Source: Thermoanaerobaculia bacterium (lineage in GTDB: Bacteria > Acidobacteriota > Thermoanaerobaculia > Multivoradales > Multivoraceae). Taken from it: a DNA stretch of 64,000 bases. Position numbers and translations under genes: made by a program. The stretch spans positions 2,752,001 through 2,816,000 of the forward strand of contig OY761158.1 in assembly GCA_963664405.1 (NCBI GenBank). The letters are read 5' to 3'. The notes beneath the pieces were generated by a model. The model ran no database searches and was not told the DNA's origin. It saw only the letters and a program-made list of their open reading frames with translations. Position 1 is the stretch's first letter. Every line of letters starts with the position of its first letter. Positions 10,257 to 19,585 of this stretch are shown here, one piece after another.

Positions 10257-10500
10257 TGTGAAGCTCTTCGAGTGTCACGTACTCGCCGGTCTTGTAAGCC
10301 TTCCAGCCATCCTTGAGCATGCGCGCCTCTTGGCTGGTGGGTTCGACCACGGGAATGCGACGGGAGCGCTCTATGTAGGAGCGCAGCGCTTCTCGGACGA
10401 GCTCCGAGCGTGTACGGTGCTCGGCCTTCCGCACAGCCTCGGCCTGCTCATAAAGGTCAGGGGGTAGCGAGATGGAGAGTTTCTTGTGAGCCATTTCCAT
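10231..10500 (-). CDS. Ribbon-helix-helix (CopG-like) antitoxin
   Basis: KLSISLP...RTRSELVREALRSY; overlaps the toxin start. Confidence 0.85.
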   Translation of the reverse strand: MEMAHKKLSISLPPDLYEQAEAVRKAEHRTRSELVREALRSYIERSRRIPVVEPTSQEARMLKDGWKAYKTGEYVTLEELHNEMAGSHK

Positions 10501-10520
10501 AGAGCCTATTGTGTTAGCTG

Positions 10521-10558
10521 GTATGACTCCATACTACCGGGTTGTGGGGGCTCGTCAA
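10521..10558 (-). promoter_or_regulatory. Sigma70-like promoter with overlapping operator palindrome
   Basis: Minus strand TTGACG-N16-TAGTAT; GTATG-N4-CATAC palindrome at 10521-10534. Confidence 0.55.
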
Positions 10559-10744
10559 GTGGGGATAATCGGTCGCACGCCTACCATTCAGCTGTGGCAC
10601 TTACGAGCCCCCTCCCAAGCGTAGCCGCTTCGTAAATCGAGGCGGTAAGGCCTCGACGAGGACCAATCTAATGATTGGCCAAATAATTCAAGGCGAGCTC
10701 CACGAGCCTTGCACCGTAGTAGAGAATGGCCAGCCAAGCTGCAA

Positions 10745-10848
10745 GCGAGCGCGTCGATATTGGGCGTGGAGACGAGTTCCTCGCCATAACAGCCGTACCG
10801 AGGGTCTTGGTCCTCGATGAAGATCCAGAGAATATTGGGTCTGTTCAT
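10745..10848 (-). pseudogene. Sulfatase N-terminal remnant
   Basis: MNRPNILWIFIEDQDPRYGCYG...TPNIDALA, after which similarity stops. Confidence 0.75.
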
Positions 10849-10937
10849 AGCAACTCCTGAAAGTGCTGAACGATTCTGTTAGCTCCGGTCGCTCGAAACA
10901 CTGCTAGGGTGATTCGGGCACGCTCACCGGGTGAACC

Positions 10938-12551
10938 GTGAAGATCCGCGTCTCTTCCCTTTCGCTTCCGCTCGAACACTCCGACGCGGATCTGCGCGCT
11001 TCAGTCGCCGAGAGGCTCGGACTCGAGCCTGACGAGATTCGCTGCATCGAGGTCTTTCGCCGCAGCGCAGACGCGCGTCAGCGCAGATCGGTCAAGCTGG
11101 TGTACACGGTCGATGTCTCTGTGGAGGGTGCGGAGAAGGTGCTCGAGCGTCTGGAGTCGGGCTCTGGCGTGCGCAGAGCTCCGGACTTGGCCTACCGCTT
11201 TGTCGCCAAGGCCACCAGAGCCCCTGAGCCACGACCGGTCGTCGTCGGCTTGGGGCCTTGCGGGCTCTTCGCGGGCTTGGTCTTGGCACAGATGGGGTTG
11301 CGGCCGCTGATTCTCGAGCGCGGCAAGAAAGTGCGAGAGCGCGCCAAGGACACCTTCGGTTTTTGGCGCGAAGGACGGCTCGACTCGGAGTCGAACGTGC
11401 AGTTCGGCGAGGGCGGAGCCGGCACCTTCTCGGACGGCAAGCTCTACAGCCAGGTGCGCGACAAGCAGAACTACGGGCGCAAGGTCCTGACCGAGTTTGT
11501 AGAGGCCGGGGCGCCCGCCGAGATTCTGTACGAAGGCAGGCCCCACATCGGCACTTTCAGGCTGGTGCCGATGCTGGAGAAGATGCGAGCCAAGATCGAG
11601 GGGCTGGGTGGCGAGATCCGCTTTCAGACGAGGGTTGACGACTTCATTCTGGAAGGCGGCGCATTGCGTGGCCTAGTCGCGAGCGGTGAAGTGTTGCGAG
11701 CCGATCATGTGGTCCTGGCGTTGGGGCACAGTGCCAGAGACACTTTCCGAGTCCTGCACGAGCGCGGAGTCGAAACGGTGGCCAAGCCCTTCTCGATCGG
11801 CTTTCGGGTCGAGCATCCGCAGAGCATGGTCGACCACTGCCGCTATGGCCGCTTCGCCGGGCACCCCTTGTTGGGTGCGGCCGATTATCGTTTGGCCCAT
11901 CACTGCACCGGCAGCGGTCTCGAGGGGCGCACCGTCTACAGTTTCTGCATGTGCCCGGGCGGCCTGGTGGTGGCGTCGGCTTCGGAGGAGGGCGGTGTGG
12001 TGACCAACGGTATGAGCCAGTACGACCGCGGCGAGCGCAACGCCAACGCCGGCCTGGTGGTCGATCTCTCGCCAGAGGATTTGGCGAGTGGGGTGTTCGC
12101 CGGGATGGAGCTGCAGCGGGACCTCGAGCAGCGCGCTTTCGCCGCTGCCGGCGGTAACTACGAGGCTCCCGGTCAGTTGATCGGAGACTTCCTCGCTCAG
12201 CGCCCCTCCACCAGTCTTGGCGGTGTTCTGCCGTCCTACCAGCCGGGTGTGCACCTGACCGAGCTCGACAGCTGCCTACCGGACTTTGCACTTGCGGCGA
12301 TTCGTGAGGCCATCCCGGCGTTCGACCGCAAGATCCCAGGCTTTGCACGGGAAGACGCCGTACTCACCGGGGTCGAGACCCGCACCTCCTCACCGATCCG
12401 CCTGCCGCGCGCCTCTGATCTCCAGAGCGTCAACGTGCGCGGCCTCTTTCCGGCCGGCGAGGGCGCCGGGTACGCCGGAGGAATCCTGTCGGCGGGAATC
12501 GACGGCATCCGCGTTGCGGAGGCAGTGGCAAGGGTTATCGGCTCGACCTGA
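10938..12551 (+). CDS. NAD(P)/FAD-dependent oxidoreductase
   Basis: GLGPCG, QFGEGGAGTFSDGKL, FCMCPGG, GVETRTSSP, GEGAGYAGGI. Confidence 0.9.
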   Translation: MKIRVSSLSLPLEHSDADLRASVAERLGLEPDEIRCIEVFRRSADARQRRSVKLVYTVDVSVEGAEKVLERLESGSGVRRAPDLAYRFVAKATRAPEPRPVVVGLGPCGLFAGLVLAQMGLRPLILERGKKVRERAKDTFGFWREGRLDSESNVQFGEGGAGTFSDGKLYSQVRDKQNYGRKVLTEFVEAGAPAEILYEGRPHIGTFRLVPMLEKMRAKIEGLGGEIRFQTRVDDFILEGGALRGLVASGEVLRADHVVLALGHSARDTFRVLHERGVETVAKPFSIGFRVEHPQSMVDHCRYGRFAGHPLLGAADYRLAHHCTGSGLEGRTVYSFCMCPGGLVVASASEEGGVVTNGMSQYDRGERNANAGLVVDLSPEDLASGVFAGMELQRDLEQRAFAAAGGNYEAPGQLIGDFLAQRPSTSLGGVLPSYQPGVHLTELDSCLPDFALAAIREAIPAFDRKIPGFAREDAVLTGVETRTSSPIRLPRASDLQSVNVRGLFPAGEGAGYAGGILSAGIDGIRVAEAVARVIGST

Positions 12552-12599
12552 TCCGATCGCAGGACACCCTCGCGCGGAGCGGAACGCGGGCTACGCGCT

Positions 12600-13136
12600 C
12601 TAGGATTGCGCAGAGCTCTTCAGCTCGGACATCGTAAAGAGTGGCCGCAAGAGCAAGCCTTCCTTAGCGAGATTCTCGGCACCGCCGGATTCCCGGTCGA
12701 TCACGCAGACGACGGACTCGACTCGCGCGCCGCGGCCCCGCAGTGCTCGGCAGGACTCGATGATCTGGCCACCGGAAGTCACAACATCTTCGACAACGAG
12801 GAGTCGCTTCTCCGCCACATCGCCGCCTTCCGCCAGTTTGCAGGTTCCGTACTCCTTAGCCTTCTTGCGTACGAACAGCACAGGCAGGCCCGTCACCTGA
12901 GAGAGGATCGTGGCGACGGGGATGCCTCCCATTTCTAGACCCGCCAGCAGCTCGCAGTCCGGCGGCACCATTTCCGCCATGGTTTCCGCGATCCTCCGCA
13001 GCAACACGGGGTCCGCTTCGAAGAGATACTTGTCGAAATACTCGCTACTGGTCACGCCGGAGCGAAGCACGAACTGTCCCTCGATATGGGAGGCCGTATA
13101 GAGCTGCTGGGCCAGTTCGCGGCGATTTGACTGCAT
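12600..13136 (-). CDS. pyrE: Orotate phosphoribosyltransferase
   Basis: FVLRSG, RKKAKEYGT, VVEDVVTSG. Confidence 0.9.
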   Translation of the reverse strand: MQSNRRELAQQLYTASHIEGQFVLRSGVTSSEYFDKYLFEADPVLLRRIAETMAEMVPPDCELLAGLEMGGIPVATILSQVTGLPVLFVRKKAKEYGTCKLAEGGDVAEKRLLVVEDVVTSGGQIIESCRALRGRGARVESVVCVIDRESGGAENLAKEGLLLRPLFTMSELKSSAQS

Positions 13137-13464
13137 TCGTCCATCATCCTTCGAGTGGCGAGCCAGCCGCCTCCGCTGCCAAACCAGTCTGGCAGAGAGA
13201 GGTCCGATCGGTCACAGTAGAAGACGCCATAATCGAGTATTGCCTGGTCCGAGGGTACCCGCTCAGGTGGTTCCACACAGTCTGAAACAGGTACCCGCTA
13301 GGTAAGCGTAGTACGCCGGCAGCCCTACCGAGTCTGTGCGCCCTCACACTATCGCCTACTTAGCGAAGCGCACCGTGCTACCGGTTTCGCATCGGCTTTA
13401 AGAATGTCCTTTTTCCTTCCTTCGAGATGTAGCCAGGAGCGCCGACCGAGAGTAGGCTTCAGGC

Positions 13465-14685
13465 ATGAGCTCTGACATGGCCGATGTGATTGTGGTGGGC
13501 AACTATTCGGAGGATCCTTTCGCGATCGACGTCGCATTCGCGATGGGTCAGCGGGAGGACGTCGCTGATCTCATCAGTATGAAGACCTTCGCCAATACAG
13601 AGTTCTGCCCGCGCTTCATCTCCGACGAGCAGGATCTCTCTCGCATCGGCTCGGGGCTTGCCGGCAAGACGGTGATCATCGTAAGCACCTCGAATCGTCT
13701 GATTACCCGCCAGAATCTGGCGATGCGCAACCTATTGATTGCCCGATCGGCGAAGGAGAACGGCGCCGGCAGTGTGGTCTTGGTCGAGCCTGACCTCTAC
13801 TACAGCGCCCAGGATCGAGGCCCCCGGTCCGAGTCCTGCGACACCAACCCCAATCGTGAGCCTGGCGACCTGAAGAAGTTCGACGGTCAGCCTTTCACCG
13901 CCAAGCTTTATGCCCAGATGCTGCGACTCGCGGGCGTCGACACCGTGCTCACGGTACACAACCACTCGCAGGCGGTGCAGAAGATTTTCGGTGAGATCTT
14001 CGAGGGGCGGTTTCACAATCTAATCCCCTACGAGCTCTACACGGACTATCTGCGCAACTCCAACATCGTCAGCTATGGGCCCGAGGGCGAGGGTCTGGCT
14101 CTTTGCGCACCGGATCAGGGGGCTCGCGACTTCGTCAAGGAGATGTTCAGGAAGCTGGAGTTGCCCAAGGCGCGCTTCATTCTGCTCGACAAGGAGCGCA
14201 GCGGCGAGCGCGAGGTGAGTATCCGGCTCCATGAGAAGAGCGAATCCACCTTCGAGGAGATCGGCGGGCACGATGTCGTGCTCTTCGACGACATGGTCCG
14301 AACGGGCTCGACGGTGGTGAAGACATGTCAATTCTTGAAGCAGATCCGACCCGGGCGATTGGTCTTCGCCGTGACCCACTTTTACGCCAGTGGCGAGGGA
14401 CGCCGCAAGATGGCCGACACCGCCATTGACGAGATCCTGACTCTCAACTCGATGCCCACCGTGCTCAATCGCGACGAGCAGGGCCGACTGCGCCGTAAGA
14501 TGGTCGTTCTGAAGATCGAACGGTGGTTGGCTCGGAATCTGTGCGACATCCTCGACATTGAGGCGCCACCGGGTGACAGCCTCTACCAGATCGACATGTC
14601 TTCGAAGAACCCCAGATTCACCCGCAAGATCTGGTCGAACGATCAGCTCGCAGACCTGAAGGCGGAGCGGACCACGGCGGCATGA
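13465..14685 (+). CDS. Ribose-phosphate pyrophosphokinase-like protein
   Basis: FANTE, YSAQDR, APDQGA, LFDDMVRTGST, AVTH. Confidence 0.75.
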   Translation: MSSDMADVIVVGNYSEDPFAIDVAFAMGQREDVADLISMKTFANTEFCPRFISDEQDLSRIGSGLAGKTVIIVSTSNRLITRQNLAMRNLLIARSAKENGAGSVVLVEPDLYYSAQDRGPRSESCDTNPNREPGDLKKFDGQPFTAKLYAQMLRLAGVDTVLTVHNHSQAVQKIFGEIFEGRFHNLIPYELYTDYLRNSNIVSYGPEGEGLALCAPDQGARDFVKEMFRKLELPKARFILLDKERSGEREVSIRLHEKSESTFEEIGGHDVVLFDDMVRTGSTVVKTCQFLKQIRPGRLVFAVTHFYASGEGRRKMADTAIDEILTLNSMPTVLNRDEQGRLRRKMVVLKIERWLARNLCDILDIEAPPGDSLYQIDMSSKNPRFTRKIWSNDQLADLKAERTTAA

Positions 14686-14705
14686 GCTCGATCCGCTGGA
14701 GATCC

Positions 14706-15488
14706 ATGACTAAGCAATACGCACTTGCTCTTGCCCTTGCGGCGCCGGTGTGTGGGCAACCTTTATCGGACGTGCGGCCCGCCTCGATCGCCGATGGCAT
14801 CTCCGAGGAAGAAGCCGCCAAGGGTCGTGCCCTGCTCGAGGAGGCCCAGATGGCCTATGGGCTCGACGCCTGGAAAAACTACCGCGGGGCCGAGTTCGAC
14901 ATGGTGGCGAAGTGGTACACGGAGAGCTCCGGATGGCTCGACGACCCGCAGATGTTTCACTTCACCGCTCTGCAACTCGGCGCCGACGATGCCGACCTGA
15001 TCTTCCTCAACGGTCCGACCAAGGGTGAGGGCTGGGCCATCGCCGATGGAAGGCACTTCGACATCAAGAACGGCGAGCACATTGCGAAAGGCGGCCCCGA
15101 CCCTCATATGAAGGTGCCGGTCAAGAATTGGTGGTTCCAATTCCCGTTCAGGATTAGCGAAGCAGAGTTCATCGGCCACGCTGGCACTGCCGATATCGGG
15201 GGCAAGACCTACGAGCTCGTCTACGCGACATGGGGCTCAGCCGAGCCCAACGACACTCATGACCAGTACGTCATCTACATCGACCCCACCTCGAAGCGGA
15301 TGGAGTGGCTGCACTTCACCCACCGCAAGGCGAACCCGGCGGCGGCGATCTCGATGAATCACGCCGACTTCCACACCGTCGACGGGGTCCTGGTCCCGCA
15401 CCACTACATGGTCTACACGGGGCCTCCCGGCGCCAGCGACCGGAAGGTCCACGAGAATAGCTACGCGAACCTGAAGTTCATTCGCTAA
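14706..15488 (+). CDS. Secreted hypothetical protein (DUF6503-like)
   Basis: Signal peptide, AYGLDAW, DQYVIYIDP; strong GC3 bias. Confidence 0.6.
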   Translation: MTKQYALALALAAPVCGQPLSDVRPASIADGISEEEAAKGRALLEEAQMAYGLDAWKNYRGAEFDMVAKWYTESSGWLDDPQMFHFTALQLGADDADLIFLNGPTKGEGWAIADGRHFDIKNGEHIAKGGPDPHMKVPVKNWWFQFPFRISEAEFIGHAGTADIGGKTYELVYATWGSAEPNDTHDQYVIYIDPTSKRMEWLHFTHRKANPAAAISMNHADFHTVDGVLVPHHYMVYTGPPGASDRKVHENSYANLKFIR

Positions 15489-15552
15489 CGGACGCAGCAG
15501 GTCTCTAGTAGAAGTCTAAGGAAACGCCTCCCGTCCCGAACATTTCTGGAGG

Positions 15553-15942
15553 CTAGTTCGTGATGTCGCTGGTGACACTGCCACCGCGCACCGGCATGTA
15601 GAGCTTGTACCAGTTCCTTTGCGCCTGACTGCCGGCGTAGTCGGCCAGGGCCTTCTCGCTCTCGAACTCCATGACGAAGGCTGCGTCTCTGGTCTGTGAC
15701 TTGATGCTTCTCAGCCAGACGCGAGAAATACCATCGTATTCGGCGGCTAGGGTTTCGACGCCTTCGAGCGCTTTGGCGATCGCGTCTTCGGAGGCGCCCT
15801 CGGCCCAATTGAGAGTGACGACGTGGATCACCGATTTCGGCTTCTCGACACCGGCGGCGCCGAGCACAACACCCGCGGCGAAAAATGCAGCGGCGGCGGG
15901 TACCAAGAAGAGAGATTGTCTCGAGCGTTTCCTAGCAATCAT
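15553..15942 (-). CDS. Dabb (stress-responsive A/B barrel) family protein
   Basis: VIHVVTLNW...AFVMEFESEKALADY; N-terminal signal. Confidence 0.7.
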   Translation of the reverse strand: MIARKRSRQSLFLVPAAAAFFAAGVVLGAAGVEKPKSVIHVVTLNWAEGASEDAIAKALEGVETLAAEYDGISRVWLRSIKSQTRDAAFVMEFESEKALADYAGSQAQRNWYKLYMPVRGGSVTSDITN

Positions 15943-16002
15943 GTTCGACCCCCTTTGTTTGCCAGCCGACGGCTGGAGTGCGTCCCATAGGTGGCTCTCC
16001 CC

Positions 16003-16248
16003 TCCGAGTATTGGTTGATCCGTCTCCCGGAGCGAATAGGAAGCAGCACCGAGTGCGCCGTCCTCGGCGCCAAAATGCAACTAGCCGTATGAAATGATAG
16101 CAATCATTTCTGGAGGCTAGGAGCGTGTCCGAGTATTCGGCCAGAGCCGTTTCCCGGAGCGAATAGGAAGCAACGCCTGAGTGCGCCGTCCTCGGCGCCT
16201 AAGGGCAGCTAGCCGGAGGAAATGATAGCGATCATTTCAGGAGGCTAG
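16003..16248. repeat. Two tandem ~125 bp REP-like structured repeats
   Basis: GTGCGCCGTCCTCGGCGCC plus a CTAGCC..GAAATGAT-N4-ATCATTTC..GGCTAG hairpin in each; related copies at 15541-15556 and 51740-51802. Confidence 0.85.
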
Positions 16249-17633
16249 TCCACTAATCGGGTCTCAGGATAGGCGGCAAACCAACCGAACCAGAAGGCGC
16301 GCTGCGCCGGTAGCCGGTGGCACACGCGACCGTCCTCAGCGAGGAGCCGGTCCTCGTCGAGCGTCCATGCATCTCCGGCGGCGTCAACCACTCTCCGATC
16401 CTGGTCCCACTCCGAGAAGCGCACACCGCCTGTGCTGTAGACGCGGTTTGCGCCCGAGGCGTCGGTGAGAACGACGATCTCCAGATCGCCGATCCGATCG
16501 TGGTGGACAGGCTCTTTCGCCAAGAGCTCGGCGGCGATCGCGAGTGGCTCAGCCTCATCGCCACCGAGTACGAGAGTAAGAACTTCGTCTTTGTTCTTGA
16601 GACGGCGATCGAGCTTGGGGACGTTGAACATCAGCCTGTCAGTCGAGAAGTACTCTCGGTAGGCCGCGCCCTCTGAGTAGTCTCGGTTGTGGCCGGTGTC
16701 TTTAGAAAGCACCAGCGTCTGAGGGTGACGGCGACGCCATTCAGCCCAGGTTGTGGTGACGATGGCGCGCCCTCTGAGCTGGATTCCCTTGCCGACCAGT
16801 GGGCCGATCACCGGCCGCCCCCAGAGAGTGCTCCACAGCGATTGAGTGGCCCGGTCGTACATGAGTTTGTTGGACCGATAGAGAAAGCCGCTGGTACCGA
16901 CCTCGTGCTCAACACCCTCGTAGGTCGTTTCGTAAAGGATGGCGGTGCCGCAGAGCGTGCAATAGACACCGGCGAGCGGGATGCCGCCGACTACGTCGGT
17001 GAACATTTCGTGCCATGCCAGAATGCGCTTGGGATAGGCGCGGATGTCGTCGTTGATCGCAATGCCGAAGACGACGTTGTCGTCGCCGAGATAGTCTGCC
17101 TCGGCGGCCGAAATCATCTTGGGCCTGCGCAGTGGTGGAATTCCGTCTTGAAGCACTCCGCCCCAGCGCACTTCGTCGAGGCGGATCGTAGCTGCGCGAT
17201 CGTTGGCGAAGTAGGCGGCAAAGCGTGGGTCGAGGTTGCGATAGAGCCGATGCATGAATTCGGCGTAGTCGGGATGGGGGCGATACGGCTGCGCCCACAG
17301 CCACTCGTACCAGGCGTCCATGTCGTTGCCGAAAGACCGCCGTGTTCCCTCCTCCAGGGCCGAGATCGTGAAACCTGCCACCTCCGGTTCTCTTGCGAAG
17401 TGAAAAACATCGATCAGCATCGGGGCGTATCCCGGTTGCCAGGTCTTGCGGATCTTCCTCATCACAGGAGCCCAATGGCCCGGCTCGTTGACGAGGAGTG
17501 AGAAGAACTCATCCGGTGTCGCAAGCTCAAGCTCGGCGGCGCCGGCGGTAAGCGCGGGGCAAGGGAAGAGCGAAGAGACAGCCGAGGCGGCGACGAGAAG
17601 GAGCGTAAACCGTGGACGGATAGGTGAGCTCAC
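16245..17633 (-). CDS. DUF3179 domain protein (CxxC form), secreted
   Basis: WGGVLQDGIPPL, AYPKRILAWHE, YCTLCGT, GTSGFLYRSNKLMYD, FWFGW. Confidence 0.85.
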   Translation of the reverse strand: MSSPIRPRFTLLLVAASAVSSLFPCPALTAGAAELELATPDEFFSLLVNEPGHWAPVMRKIRKTWQPGYAPMLIDVFHFAREPEVAGFTISALEEGTRRSFGNDMDAWYEWLWAQPYRPHPDYAEFMHRLYRNLDPRFAAYFANDRAATIRLDEVRWGGVLQDGIPPLRRPKMISAAEADYLGDDNVVFGIAINDDIRAYPKRILAWHEMFTDVVGGIPLAGVYCTLCGTAILYETTYEGVEHEVGTSGFLYRSNKLMYDRATQSLWSTLWGRPVIGPLVGKGIQLRGRAIVTTTWAEWRRRHPQTLVLSKDTGHNRDYSEGAAYREYFSTDRLMFNVPKLDRRLKNKDEVLTLVLGGDEAEPLAIAAELLAKEPVHHDRIGDLEIVVLTDASGANRVYSTGGVRFSEWDQDRRVVDAAGDAWTLDEDRLLAEDGRVCHRLPAQRAFWFGWFAAYPETRLVD

Positions 17634-17655
17634 GGAGTCGGATCGGCGCCCGCAA

Positions 17656-19008
17656 CTAGCCGGAACGCGCCGAAAGTACGGGTGGAAGGTGGCAGGCGGC
17701 CTCGCTCCAGCTCGAGCCGGCGTCGGCGGAGGCGAAGAGCTGCCCCGAAGTCGCGCCGAAGTAAAGGCCGAGGGGCTTGCCCCCATCGTGACAGAAGGCC
17801 TGGCGAAGGATGGTCAAGAAAGCGGGGGGAGAAGGCAAGCCGCTCGTGTGCGGCTGCCAGGTGTTGCCTCGGTCGCGGGTCTCGTAGACGCGCATCTTCG
17901 CCTCGGCGGTGATCCGATCTTCATCCGAGTTGAGTGGGATCACCCACGCGCGATCGGGGTCGCGCGGGTCGGCTACGAGCGGAAAGCCGAAGTCGGCCGG
18001 CAGCCCGCCTTCGCTGCCGATGTCGATCCAGGTCTCGCCGGCATCGTCGGAGCGATAGACGCCGCCGTGAAATTGCATATAGAAGGTGCTGGGCTGAGCC
18101 GGAGATCGATGGAGGTTGTGCACACACTGATCGGGGGCGTCGTCTCGAGCCCCTTCGGGGAGGTAGCGCGAGATCAAGCCCTTGCCGGCTCGATGCCAGC
18201 TTCTCCCGCCGTCCTCCGTATGCCAGACGCCGGCGGCGGAGATGCCCACCGACAGCCGAGAGGCGTCGCCGGGCCAGGTGCAGATCGAGTGCAGGGCGAG
18301 ACCACCCATCCCGCCTTCCCAGGATGGACGACTTGGGACGTTCCAGAGTGCCTCGTTGAGGGCCCAACTGTGACCGCCGTCGCGGCTCTCGAAGAGCGCG
18401 GCCGGCGCGACTCCTGCCAGCACCTGCCCTTCGGTCTCTCCAGGGACTACGGACCATATTCGCTCGAGCGCCTGTCCCGAATCCTCTGGAAATGCCGGGC
18501 CGTCACACTCCTGCCATTCGCCGTCAGGTGATGCGGCCCAGAACAGGTGGGGGCCGAACTGGCCGTGCACGACGCTGGCGAAGATGCGACCCGTGCGCAG
18601 ATCCCGCATCGCATAGGGCACTTCCTGGCCGCCGAAGGCGCGGTGGGTGATCTCGAGCTCGCCGCCGCGGGAGCCACGAAGAACGAAGAGACCCTTCTTG
18701 GTACCGACGAGAAGCTCGATGTCGGCACCCGCTGCGTGGTCGGGCTCGGATCCTCCTGAGATCGCGGGGATCACCCAGACCTCGTCCCCGTCTTCCACGG
18801 CGGTGTCTAGCTCCGCGCGATCCTGGTTGACGAACACATTGACGTGCCGGCGGATGCGCTCTTGTTCGTCGAGGATCCAGCCTTTCAATCGGGGGTGACG
18901 ACTCAACAGGTCTTGGAGTACCGCCGCGACCGAGGCTCCGTCGACCTCGACTCGGTCGTCTCCGTCGACGAGCTCGCGCAACGCCGCGGTCAAAACGACT
19001 TTCGCCAT
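17656..19008 (-). CDS. MoaD/ThiS ubiquitin-like domain fused to a BNR-repeat (sialidase-like) beta-propeller
   Basis: N-terminal ...GDEVWVIPAISGG, then LLVGTKKGLF and several SxDGGxSW Asp-boxes; GAGGAGG RBS before ATG at 19008. Confidence 0.85.
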   Translation of the reverse strand: MAKVVLTAALRELVDGDDRVEVDGASVAAVLQDLLSRHPRLKGWILDEQERIRRHVNVFVNQDRAELDTAVEDGDEVWVIPAISGGSEPDHAAGADIELLVGTKKGLFVLRGSRGGELEITHRAFGGQEVPYAMRDLRTGRIFASVVHGQFGPHLFWAASPDGEWQECDGPAFPEDSGQALERIWSVVPGETEGQVLAGVAPAALFESRDGGHSWALNEALWNVPSRPSWEGGMGGLALHSICTWPGDASRLSVGISAAGVWHTEDGGRSWHRAGKGLISRYLPEGARDDAPDQCVHNLHRSPAQPSTFYMQFHGGVYRSDDAGETWIDIGSEGGLPADFGFPLVADPRDPDRAWVIPLNSDEDRITAEAKMRVYETRDRGNTWQPHTSGLPSPPAFLTILRQAFCHDGGKPLGLYFGATSGQLFASADAGSSWSEAACHLPPVLSARSG

Positions 19009-19033
19009 GCAGCCAACCTCCCTCAGGAAGAAA

Positions 19034-19582
19034 TCATGGTAGCAGGACGGCTTCGAGCTGGATTCCGAGACCATCGGCGATGCGGTTGGCGTAGGCGTAA
19101 TAGGCGACGACCTCGGCGATGTGGAGGACGTCTTGGTCGCTGAAGCCGTCGTGGAGCAAGGCCTCCACATCCTTGCGCTCCATCGCGCCGGGAGTACGGG
19201 TGAGCTTTTCGGCGTAGACGAGCACTTCGCGTTTCTTGGAGGAAAGGCGCGCACTGCGAAAGTCCGCCTCGATCTGCTGCAGCAGAAGGTCATCCCGGAG
19301 CAACCGGCGCAGACCGCGCCGATGGTGCGCGATTCAATAGTGGCAGGCGTTGGCGCGGCTGACTACCAGCGCGATCATCTCGCGGTCTACCTTGCGCAGC
19401 GAGCGAGTGCCGGTCATCACCGCCCGATAGAGCTCGTAGTGGGCGCTCAGGCCCGCGGGGTGCAGCGAGTGCACGCTCATAATCTGATCGAGCGCTCCCG
19501 TCGAGGGATCGGCGACGGCGTGGTAGAGCTCGAGAAGAGTGCCTTCGGCGTTGCTCGGGTCGATGGTCCGAATCCAGGGCAC
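19034..19582 (-). CDS. AhpD/CMD-like peroxidase-related selenoprotein (CxxU, TGA at 19334-19336)
   Basis: EMIALVVSRANAC-H-Y-TGA-IAHH continues in frame into YAEKLTRTP...YAYANRIADGLG; SECIS-like hairpin at 19305-19321. Confidence 0.85.
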
Positions 19583-19585
19583 GAT

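Noticed and set aside
13137-13464. PyrR attenuator or riboswitch upstream of pyrE
   Set aside because: No PyrR-binding consensus or terminator with a U-tract recognised.
16003-16248. CRISPR array
   Set aside because: Only two ~125 bp degenerate units, no unique spacers and no cas genes.
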